Positions 17,356 through 24,325 of a DNA stretch of 32,000 nucleotides are shown here, in pieces. Position 1 is the first letter of the stretch. Each line of letters opens with the position of its first letter. The notes beneath the pieces are model-generated. The model saw only the letters and a list, made by a program, of their open reading frames with translations. It had not been told where the DNA came from and did not search any database. This DNA comes from Nitrosopumilus sp. (GTDB lineage: Archaea > Thermoproteota > Nitrososphaeria > Nitrososphaerales > Nitrosopumilaceae), in assembly GCA_965219345.1 (NCBI GenBank), contig OZ244732.1:1148375-1180374 (forward strand). The letters run 5' to 3'. The position numbers and the translations under genes were made by a program.

Positions 17356-18768
17356 ATGAATAAGCGTGTTAGTATGCTCTTTACAATTGCAGCTGTAGCT
17401 GTAATGGGAGCAACCTTATTCGGAAGCACATACACACAAACCCAAATTAGCGGACAATCCCTTGACATGTCTCAAATAGACATGGATATGATGGATCAGA
17501 TTCGTCAAATGGGCGGTTTACAGCTTGTAATGCCACAAGCATTCGCAGAAACTGATTGTGGTGCACTTGCAGATACTGGACGCGACGTAGTTGAGTTCAA
17601 TCTAACTGGTGAAAGTGTTGAACTTCCAATAATGGGAGGAAAGACATACAACGCCATGACTTTTAATCAACAGGTCCCAGGACCAACATTAAGAGTCACA
17701 CAAGGTGATGTCGTAAAAATGACACTTTCAATTCCAGCTGATGAGGTTACTGGTCACGGTAACGACATGCACGCATCACAAATTACTGCATTGGCTTTTG
17801 ACTCCGTAAATCCTGGAGAAACAAGTCAATACTGTTACATCGCTGAATCCGCAGGTGTTTTCAAATACCACTGTTCTGGTGTCCACTTAATTGGAATGGA
17901 CCAACACGTACTTTCCGGCATGTACGGAATTGCAATTGTTGATCCTGCAAACGGATACAAGAAACTAATGGTAGAGAAGACAAGCGGCAGTGGTGAACTT
18001 GACAGACAGTTCTACAGTGCAGATGCATTAGAGTTCACACTGCAATTCAACCAGTTATACCTTACACCTGAAGGCAATTATGACATGAGCAAAATGATGT
18101 CTCACCAAAATACTGCAACAGTAGTCAATGGAATGCAATTTGGTTACACTCCAAACATGGCACATAATTTACTCGTCAAAGGCGACGTGGATACCGACTT
18201 CTTTGTCGTACAACCATGGAAAGGACTTGATTTGAAGCAGTACCAATCACAACTATTGTATGTTGAAAATGATCAACATGTAAGACTCTTTATTGAAAAC
18301 CAAGGTAACGAGCCAGTATTCTTCCACATTGTTGGAGAAATTTTGGATAGAGTTACACAAGGCAATAGAGTTCAGTCAGCAGCAACTGAAACATGGTTGC
18401 TTGGTGGTTCACAGAACATGATTGTGGATTTGGTATTTGATGAACCAGGAGCTTACGCACTAGTAAACCACGACTATGCAGCAATTTATTCTGGCGGACT
18501 TGGTCTATTTGTTGCAGGTGATCCATTCAACTTGAATCCACTTTTAGTTGAAAAAGGAGTCATCCCTGCACCAGTGGCATCTTATGCACATGCATTAGGT
18601 AATCCAAGTGATGCTGTCCCACCAATGGGAATGAACAGTATTGCACATCCAAAAGTAAACATTCATGGTCTATACACTGACGAAGTAGCTTCTGAAATGC
18701 AAGCAAGTGGCGATTATATCGCATTATGGGAAGTAATTCCTGTAGTAGCAGAAATGTTAACTTCTTGA
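17356..18768 (+). CDS. nirK: NirK-like copper-containing nitrite reductase family multicopper protein, exported
   Basis: 470-aa ORF with a signal/anchor MLFTIAAVAVMGATLF. Cu-ligand contexts HGNDMHA (compare HNxDFHA), YHCSGVHLIGMDQHVLSGMYG (HC...H....M), ETWLLGG and YALVNHDYAA (compare YAYVNHNLIEA). Confidence 0.85.
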   Translation: MNKRVSMLFTIAAVAVMGATLFGSTYTQTQISGQSLDMSQIDMDMMDQIRQMGGLQLVMPQAFAETDCGALADTGRDVVEFNLTGESVELPIMGGKTYNAMTFNQQVPGPTLRVTQGDVVKMTLSIPADEVTGHGNDMHASQITALAFDSVNPGETSQYCYIAESAGVFKYHCSGVHLIGMDQHVLSGMYGIAIVDPANGYKKLMVEKTSGSGELDRQFYSADALEFTLQFNQLYLTPEGNYDMSKMMSHQNTATVVNGMQFGYTPNMAHNLLVKGDVDTDFFVVQPWKGLDLKQYQSQLLYVENDQHVRLFIENQGNEPVFFHIVGEILDRVTQGNRVQSAATETWLLGGSQNMIVDLVFDEPGAYALVNHDYAAIYSGGLGLFVAGDPFNLNPLLVEKGVIPAPVASYAHALGNPSDAVPPMGMNSIAHPKVNIHGLYTDEVASEMQASGDYIALWEVIPVVAEMLTS

Positions 18769-18775
18769 TCACACC

Positions 18776-18794
18776 TTCTTTTTCTTTATTTTTT
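18776..18794 (+). terminator. Oligo-T tract (TTCTTTTTCTTTATTTTTT) after the nirK-like stop
   Basis: T-rich run 8 nt after TGA 18766-18768. Archaeal terminators are typically oligo-T. Confidence 0.3.
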
Positions 18795-18803
18795 ACTCAT
18801 AAT

Positions 18804-18811
18804 GATTATAT
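18804..18811 (+). promoter_or_regulatory. TATA-like GATTATAT centred about 27 nt upstream of serA ATG 18835
   Basis: Read directly. Confidence 0.35.
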
Positions 18812-18834
18812 TCGGTGAATAAAGGCAATCATTC

Positions 18835-19767
18835 ATGAGTTTTGAAGATTCTGTTTTAATCTGTGATGAGGTAGATCCAATACTAAACAAAATTTTAGAG
18901 GACAATGGTTTGAAAGTTTCTTATGAACCTACAATCACTGCTGAACAAATCAAAGAAACAATAGGACAGTACGATATTGTAATTGTTAGAAGCAGGACAA
19001 AATTAACTAAAGATCTAGTTGAAAAAGCAGATAAATGTAAAATTATTGCACGTGTTGGTGTTGGGCTTGATAATATAGATCAAGACGCAGCCAAAGCAAA
19101 AAACATTCGTGTAATTAATGCAGTAGAAGGTGCAATGAATGCGGTAGCTGAATTAGTTTTGGGATTAATGCTATCTTTGGCAAGACAGACTGCTCGAGGT
19201 GATCGAGAAATTAGAAATGGAAATTGGCTTAAAAAAGAACTCAAGGGTACAGAACTCCGAGGAAAATACCTTGGAATTATTGGTTTAGGAAATATTGGAA
19301 AAAGATTGGGAAGACTTGCACGTGCACTTAATATGAATATTATCGGGTATGATGTAATTCCGATTGATGAAGAATTTTCAAAAGAAGTTGGTTTAATGAA
19401 AGCAGATTTGAATACACTCTTGCAAAGTTCTGATTTTATCTCAATACATGTTCCTTTGTTAGATTCTACATATCATCTTCTAGATGCTCAAAAAATGTCT
19501 ACAATGAAAAAAACTGCAAAAATTATCAATACATCACGAGGTGGAGTCGTTGATGAGGATGCTCTGTATGATGCCATCAAAAATGGCACATTAGGTGGTG
19601 CGGCTTTAGATGTATTTGAAAAAGAACCAGCCATTGGAAACAAATTGGCAGAACTAGACAATGTAATTCTAACGCCGCATATTGGTGCACAAACAAAAGA
19701 AGCTCAGTCTTTGGCTGCAAATGTAATTGCTGAAAAGATTGTCCAGATACTTCGAGGCGTAATCTAG
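18835..19767 (+). CDS. serA: D-3-phosphoglycerate dehydrogenase / D-2-hydroxyacid dehydrogenase (short form, no ACT domain)
   Basis: 310-aa ORF. NAD motif GIIGLGNIGKRLG, then NTSRGGVVDE and LTPHIGAQT. Confidence 0.85.
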   Translation: MSFEDSVLICDEVDPILNKILEDNGLKVSYEPTITAEQIKETIGQYDIVIVRSRTKLTKDLVEKADKCKIIARVGVGLDNIDQDAAKAKNIRVINAVEGAMNAVAELVLGLMLSLARQTARGDREIRNGNWLKKELKGTELRGKYLGIIGLGNIGKRLGRLARALNMNIIGYDVIPIDEEFSKEVGLMKADLNTLLQSSDFISIHVPLLDSTYHLLDAQKMSTMKKTAKIINTSRGGVVDEDALYDAIKNGTLGGAALDVFEKEPAIGNKLAELDNVILTPHIGAQTKEAQSLAANVIAEKIVQILRGVI

Positions 19768-19881
19768 TTTTCTCATAGAATTTCTGCCTGAACTTTAAAA
19801 ATAAGCAAAAAAGCTTGACTTGTACGTGATTAATTATCGTCTCATTCTTTTTAACACCAGTTTGGAGGATCTGATATCGTA

Positions 19882-20769
19882 TTGAATAATTACAAAATGG
19901 ATGAACTGCAATCTGAAAGACTAAGGCATTTTCCTAATGTTAATCTTCTGTTGAAAATCTCACTTGGTTTGATATTTTTTACAATCATTTCTTCTGCATT
20001 TGTATATGCAGAAACTCTTTCTGTAGATATTGAGGGAAATTCATTTGATGTTGACTATACCGCAACAGGAATGACTGTATCTGGAATTGAAGCTGATTTA
20101 GATTTTATTTCCCTGATCTTGACTGTTGATGTTTCTGATTCTCCTGGAACTCTGGATATTACATTTGACAGATCTTTCTTTGATTCTATTTTTAATGGAG
20201 CAGATGATGACTTTATTATTTTAGCAGATGGCGATGAACCCGATTCCACAGAAACTGACACAACTGCTCAAAGCAGAACTCTAAGCATTCAAGTACCTGC
20301 AGGAACTGAAGATATAGAAATCATAGGCTCTGTCTTTGGTAATCCTCCAGCAGAAACAGAAGAAACCACGATGGAAGAGACCATGGAAAAAGAGACCACG
20401 ATGGAAGAGACCATGGAAGAAGAGACCACGATGGAAGAGACCATGGAAGAAGAGACCATGGAAAAAGAGACCACGATGGAAGAGACCATGGAAGAACCAA
20501 CAGAAACCGTTGTTGAGACATCAAAAGTCCAATGTGGACCTGGAACTGTTCTTAAAGATGGTGCTTGTGTACTGGATGAAAGATGCGGTCCTGGAACTGT
20601 TCTTAAGGATGGTGCATGCGTTCTTGATTCAACACCAAAGTCTTCTGGAACTTCTGTTAAAGTAATTGGCAAAGAATTGATTACAGGAACTGTTGCAGCA
20701 TTTGTAATTGCTATGATAACTGTAATTATTTTGGGAGCAATCTCTAGAGCTAGCAAAAGTGAAAATTAA
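19882..20769 (+). CDS. Hypothetical exported, C-terminally membrane-anchored protein with a Met/Glu/Thr-rich tandem repeat and a duplicated Cys-pair module
   Basis: 295-aa ORF (TTG 19882; first ATG at 19897). N-terminal hydrophobic LLLKISLGLIFFTIISSAFVYA, C-terminal TM ITGTVAAFVIAMITVIILGAI. No family recognised. Confidence 0.7.
   Translation: MNNYKMDELQSERLRHFPNVNLLLKISLGLIFFTIISSAFVYAETLSVDIEGNSFDVDYTATGMTVSGIEADLDFISLILTVDVSDSPGTLDITFDRSFFDSIFNGADDDFIILADGDEPDSTETDTTAQSRTLSIQVPAGTEDIEIIGSVFGNPPAETEETTMEETMEKETTMEETMEEETTMEETMEEETMEKETTMEETMEEPTETVVETSKVQCGPGTVLKDGACVLDERCGPGTVLKDGACVLDSTPKSSGTSVKVIGKELITGTVAAFVIAMITVIILGAISRASKSEN
20362..20496 (+). repeat. In-frame 30-nt tandem repeat, 4.5 units (ETTMEETMEE/K)
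   Basis: Read directly: gagaccacgatggaagagaccatggaagaa and near-identical copies. Confidence 0.95.
20533..20628 (+). repeat. Duplicated 45-nt module encoding CGPGTVLKDGACVLD twice, 6 nt apart
   Basis: Read directly. The copies differ only at synonymous positions. Confidence 0.9.
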
Positions 20770-20810
20770 TCACAAGACAAATCCTCATGCTGTGATGATT
20801 GAATGTTTAT

Positions 20811-21467
20811 TCATATTTGATTTTCTATTCCTGTTGGCGAAGAAATAATGCTTTCATCAATGAGATAACTTATCACTTGAGCAAAGTCTTTATCTGAAAT
20901 TATTCCTTGAACCCACCAAAATCCTATATTTTTTACCCAATCTGGTACATCTATTTCATGAATGTTTTCATCATCAATTTCAAAAGGTATATCAATTAAT
21001 TCTGTATCCACATATTTCTGAAATGCATCCATTAGATAACCATCTGATATTTTATCATTGAGCCATTCTATCAAAAACTGTCTAACTGATTCTGGAATAC
21101 ATTTATTATCTGAATCAATTAAATTAAATTCTGCTGTAACTTTTTCATCTGCATATTCTACATCAATAAAATATTTTCCTAATGGAAAAATTTCTTTTTC
21201 AAAAGCAAGTAACGATGGAACTGAATTTTGTAAATTGGTAATTGGTATTGAAATTGCACTACTTCCTTTACCTGTTTCATCCCTGATATGAATAATTGCA
21301 GGTTCCCCTGTAATCTCTGAGACTTCAATTATGTAGAATAGTCTTTCACAATAACTGTATGTTGTTTTTTCCATTATGATAGTTACTGGGGGCTCTGCAT
21401 GAGCAGCTGGCAAAAATACAAAAGTTATTGCCAAAATTATAGGCAAGACAGCATTCCTTACTCTCAT
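20811..21467 (-). CDS. Hypothetical secreted protein
   Basis: The ORF is open to 21491, but ATG 21467 (MRVRNAVLPIILAITFVFLPAAHA-EPP, a clear signal peptide) sits about 27 nt from the TATA-like element at 21491-21498. The C-terminus has a Trp-rich motif DVPDWVKNIGFWWVQGIISDKDFAQVISYLIDESII. Confidence 0.7.
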   Translation of the reverse strand: MRVRNAVLPIILAITFVFLPAAHAEPPVTIIMEKTTYSYCERLFYIIEVSEITGEPAIIHIRDETGKGSSAISIPITNLQNSVPSLLAFEKEIFPLGKYFIDVEYADEKVTAEFNLIDSDNKCIPESVRQFLIEWLNDKISDGYLMDAFQKYVDTELIDIPFEIDDENIHEIDVPDWVKNIGFWWVQGIISDKDFAQVISYLIDESIISSPTGIENQI

Positions 21468-21490
21468 TTTCTCTCTCTGGGAATTGCTCA

Positions 21491-21498
21491 ATAAAAAT
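21491..21498 (-). promoter_or_regulatory. TATA-like element (ATTTTTAT on the minus strand) centred about 27 nt upstream of ATG 21467
   Basis: Read directly. It supports the internal start. Confidence 0.35.
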
Positions 21499-21515
21499 CA
21501 CAAAGCAAAATTGAG

Positions 21516-21635
21516 GGTTCTGTAACGTTATAGGCACCTAGGAAGGTACCAGTTCCGTCCTTACGATCAAAAAATGTTACTAATCTTCAATCCTTAGAAG
21601 ATCCATATCTCAGGTGCCTATTACGTTACAGAACC
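21516..21635. other. 120-nt element closed by a 24-bp inverted repeat (one T.T mismatch) around a 72-nt core. Candidate structured RNA or MITE-like element.
   Basis: Left arm 21516-21539 ggttctgtaacgttataggcacct. Right arm 21612-21635 aggtgcctattacgttacagaacc. Base pairs checked one by one. Confidence 0.6.
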
Positions 21636-21696
21636 GTGTTTATACAACTTTTTGTTTGATATTTCTATCAAAGGGGGCATTTGAACGATTTTACAG

Positions 21697-21704
21697 TTAT
21701 TAAA
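21697..21704 (+). promoter_or_regulatory. TATA-like TTATTAAA upstream of rpl15e
   Basis: Centred about 25 nt upstream of ATG 21726 and about 16 nt upstream of ATG 21717. Confidence 0.3.
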
Positions 21705-21716
21705 GGGGATTTTACT

Positions 21717-22181
21717 ATGCCCGATATGCCTAGTCATCAAGACAAGATATGGATCAGACTTTGGAAAGAAAATGCTACCGAACTACGTGAACGTGTAGTT
21801 GGATGGCGTAGGCAGAATGCTGTTACCAGAATCGAAAAACCAAGCAGACTGCAAAGGGCCAGAAGATTAGGCTACAAGGCAAAACAAGGAATCATTGTTG
21901 TCAGAATGAGAGTTGGAACTGGTGGTATGAGAAAACAGAGACCTACAGGTGGGAGAAGACCAAAACATCTTGGAGTTACAAGAATCAAGGCGGATGACAA
22001 TATGAAAACAGTTGCTGAAAGAAGAGTTCTTGAGAGATATCCAAACATGAAACTTTTGGGTTCATACTATATCTACAAAGATGGAAAACACTATTGGTTT
22101 GAAGTTATCCTAGCAGATCCAGCACATCCAAGAATTGCTCAGGATAAAGAATTAAACCAACGAATATCTCAAGCTGCATAA
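21717..22181 (+). CDS. rpl15e: 50S ribosomal protein L15e
   Basis: Very basic ORF with L15e-like segments (RIEKPSRLQRARRLGYKAKQGIIVVRMRVGTGGMRKQRP, GGRRPKHLGV, YWFEVILADPAHP). The ORF-track TTG 21681 is unlikely. ATG 21717 or 21726 is the probable start. Confidence 0.9.
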   Translation: MPDMPSHQDKIWIRLWKENATELRERVVGWRRQNAVTRIEKPSRLQRARRLGYKAKQGIIVVRMRVGTGGMRKQRPTGGRRPKHLGVTRIKADDNMKTVAERRVLERYPNMKLLGSYYIYKDGKHYWFEVILADPAHPRIAQDKELNQRISQAA

Positions 22182-22182
22182 A

Positions 22183-22995
22183 TTGAAATTATTTTTATTC
22201 ATTCCATTATTTTTGTTTTTAATAGTTGCACCTGCATTTGGTCAACTGTCTGATTCGACTGGTCTGGCAAAACGTTTAGACGTCGAAACAGGTGGCTATA
22301 CATTTGAAATTGAAACTGTTTCAAACTTTGACTTAAAAGAACATGAATTTGATATAAATGAAAAACGACTGACAATTTTCATTAACAGTGGATTGGAAAA
22401 TAATTTGGGTGAAATAATTATTCCAAAAATGTTACTTGGTGGTAATTTTACTTTTTATCTAAATGATATGGAGTTCAACCCAAAAATAAAATCAAATGAC
22501 AAGATTTCATTTATCACTCTAAACTTTACTGGAACAGGTAACCACAAAATTGACATTATTGCGACTAATGCTGTTACCGAAGTAGAAGAAAAATCAGAAA
22601 TCCATATTATTGATGAATCTACGTCTGAAAATGGTGGATGTCTAATCGCTACTGCAACATTTGACTCAGAACTAGCACCTCAAGTACAGCAACTAAGGGA
22701 AATACGTGATCAAAAGTTAATGAAAACAGATTCTGGACAATTATTTTTGAACTCTTTCAATGAATTTTATTATTCATTTAGTCCGATAATTGCTGATTAT
22801 GAACGTGAGAATCCTGTTTTCAAAGAAATTGTCAAGATTGTTATCACCCCAATGCTTTCAACACTTTCAATTCTGAATTATGTTGATATGGATTCAGAAG
22901 CTGAAGTACTAGGTTATGGAATTGGTTTGATTCTTCTAAATATCGGTATGTATTTTGTGGCTCCTGCTGTTGTAATTATAAAAATTGGAAAATAA
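22183..22995 (+). CDS. Hypothetical exported surface protein with a C-terminal GCLIATA...ELAPQVQ..LR..RD module followed by a TM segment
   Basis: 270-aa ORF. TTG start 2 nt after the rpl15e stop. Signal peptide MKLFLFIPLFLFLIVAPAFG-Q. C-terminal GGCLIATATFDSELAPQVQQLREIRDQKLM...YYSFSPIIADY plus a terminal hydrophobic helix. Confidence 0.7.
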   Translation: MKLFLFIPLFLFLIVAPAFGQLSDSTGLAKRLDVETGGYTFEIETVSNFDLKEHEFDINEKRLTIFINSGLENNLGEIIIPKMLLGGNFTFYLNDMEFNPKIKSNDKISFITLNFTGTGNHKIDIIATNAVTEVEEKSEIHIIDESTSENGGCLIATATFDSELAPQVQQLREIRDQKLMKTDSGQLFLNSFNEFYYSFSPIIADYERENPVFKEIVKIVITPMLSTLSILNYVDMDSEAEVLGYGIGLILLNIGMYFVAPAVVIIKIGK

Positions 22996-23072
22996 ATCAA
23001 TATGGAAATCCAAAAATTGCTCTAATTGGAGGGTTTGGTTAGTTGTGGCACTATCAATAGTCGTTGTTTTGC

Positions 23073-23771
23073 TTAGTCTTCGTTAAGTAATTTTTGAATC
23101 ATAGCCTCAATATTCCCTGCTTGTCCAAATGATACGTCTCTGAGAATGCCTTTCCTATCAACTAAAATAGCTGATGGTGTACCTTGTAGAGAAAATTTTT
23201 CAAATGTTTCAGCTGAATACTCTTTTGATTTCATGTGATCTTTTACTTTTTGAATAATTTGATTTTTGTACTCCTCTGGCTGTGAGTCAAATTCAGGAAT
23301 CTGTGGATAGATAAACTCCATGATTTTTTCTTGAGTAATCTCTCCTGTGGCCTTTGTCAAATTATCCATTCCTAGTGGAAATGGAATTTTGTAATGTAAC
23401 TTGTTTCCATCTTGTAATTTTCCATACATTGAAAGTGCATTCTTGGTTTCTCCGACTACTTCACCTGTTTCTGCAAGCATTTTCAAATTCTCTAATGTGT
23501 TCTTATCAAAATCTTCAAAAGCAGTTGCAAGTCCTAAAACTCGAACTCCATCATCTTTGTATTTGTTGTATATTTCAATTGCCTCTGGAATTGCATTCAT
23601 AAAACAACCCGGACAATTGACTTGAAAGACTTCCAATAACACAACATGGTCTTTTTCTTGATCAAAATTTGTTGGAGCGCCTTGTATCCACTCTGACACT
23701 CCAAAATTTGGTGCTTCTTGACCTATTACTACACTCACAAAACATCCTCCAATTTTTTCCGTTAAATACAT
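23073..23771 (-). CDS. Thioredoxin-fold protein, redoxin/TlpA-like, CPGC active site
   Basis: 232-aa ORF. IGQEAPNF..., VVLLEVFQVNCPGCF, ...GTPSAILVDRKG. It has an about 70-aa insertion relative to minimal redoxins. No obvious signal peptide. Confidence 0.75.
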   Translation of the reverse strand: MYLTEKIGGCFVSVVIGQEAPNFGVSEWIQGAPTNFDQEKDHVVLLEVFQVNCPGCFMNAIPEAIEIYNKYKDDGVRVLGLATAFEDFDKNTLENLKMLAETGEVVGETKNALSMYGKLQDGNKLHYKIPFPLGMDNLTKATGEITQEKIMEFIYPQIPEFDSQPEEYKNQIIQKVKDHMKSKEYSAETFEKFSLQGTPSAILVDRKGILRDVSFGQAGNIEAMIQKLLNED

Positions 23772-23836
23772 ACCTCTACAAATTTTATATTTTTCTCGAG
23801 TAACCTAATATAGGACACTAAAAATCCCAAAACAAA

Positions 23837-24325
23837 TTGCAGGCAGTAACTGATGATCGATTAGCACTTTTTGGTGAAATGGAGTCAAAATATGAACAAA
23901 AAGATACAGAGTATTTTGTTTCTCTTTTAGAACATCCTGATTATGTGGTTAGAACAAGAGCTACCTGTATTTTGGTTGATTTTGGTGGAGAGGATAAAGT
24001 TCCCCATATTGCTAAAGTTTTAAAAAATGATGAAAATGAATTGGTACGACATGAGGCTGCGTTCTCATTAGGCCAGATGTGTTACTCTAGTTCAATTCCT
24101 CCTCTAAATGATGCAACACTTAATGATCCAAGTATGTTTGTACGTCATGAAGCTGCAATTGCTTTAGGTATTGTTGGCTCTAAAGATGCAAAAGAAACTT
24201 TGGAAAAGGCATTAAACGATCCTGATAAATCAGTCGTTGAATCCGCAATTGTTGCCTTGTCTAATATTCAATTTATGGAAACGTTAAGTAAGAATGAAAA
24301 GTTTGCGAAGTTGACAGGTGGATGA
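23837..24325 (+). CDS. HEAT/PBS-lyase-type repeat protein with two His-Glu dyads (deoxyhypusine-hydroxylase-like half-protein)
   Basis: 162-aa ORF (TTG 23837, with TAATATA centred about 28 nt upstream; first ATG at 23879). Repeats VRTRATCILVDFG, VRHEAAFSLGQM, VRHEAAIALGIVG, VVESAIVALSNI. Confidence 0.75.
   Translation: MQAVTDDRLALFGEMESKYEQKDTEYFVSLLEHPDYVVRTRATCILVDFGGEDKVPHIAKVLKNDENELVRHEAAFSLGQMCYSSSIPPLNDATLNDPSMFVRHEAAIALGIVGSKDAKETLEKALNDPDKSVVESAIVALSNIQFMETLSKNEKFAKLTGG

Noticed and set aside
20289-20756. Long antisense or alternative-frame ORFs (20289-20756 -, 20321-20524 -, 20336-20665 +) with striking periodic peptides (PWSLPSWSL.., KRPRWKRPWKK..)
   Set aside because: They are artefacts of the 30-nt coding repeat being open in several frames. 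Only the plus-strand frame starting at 19882 (ORF 19882-20769) has a signal sequence, a TM anchor and continuity across the gene.
21346-21537. 63-aa minus-strand ORF spanning the promoter and left hairpin arm
   Set aside because: It overlaps the start of the secreted-protein gene in another frame and runs through the TATA element. It has no supporting features.
21516-21635. The 120-nt length suggested 5S rRNA, and the 72-nt core suggested a tRNA
   Set aside because: A 24-bp terminal helix leaves too little sequence for 5S helices II-V, and no 5S loop motifs are present. Neither strand of the core has a 7-bp acceptor pairing or a T-loop (GTTCRANYC-like). No C/D boxes were seen, and there is no H/ACA pocket geometry.
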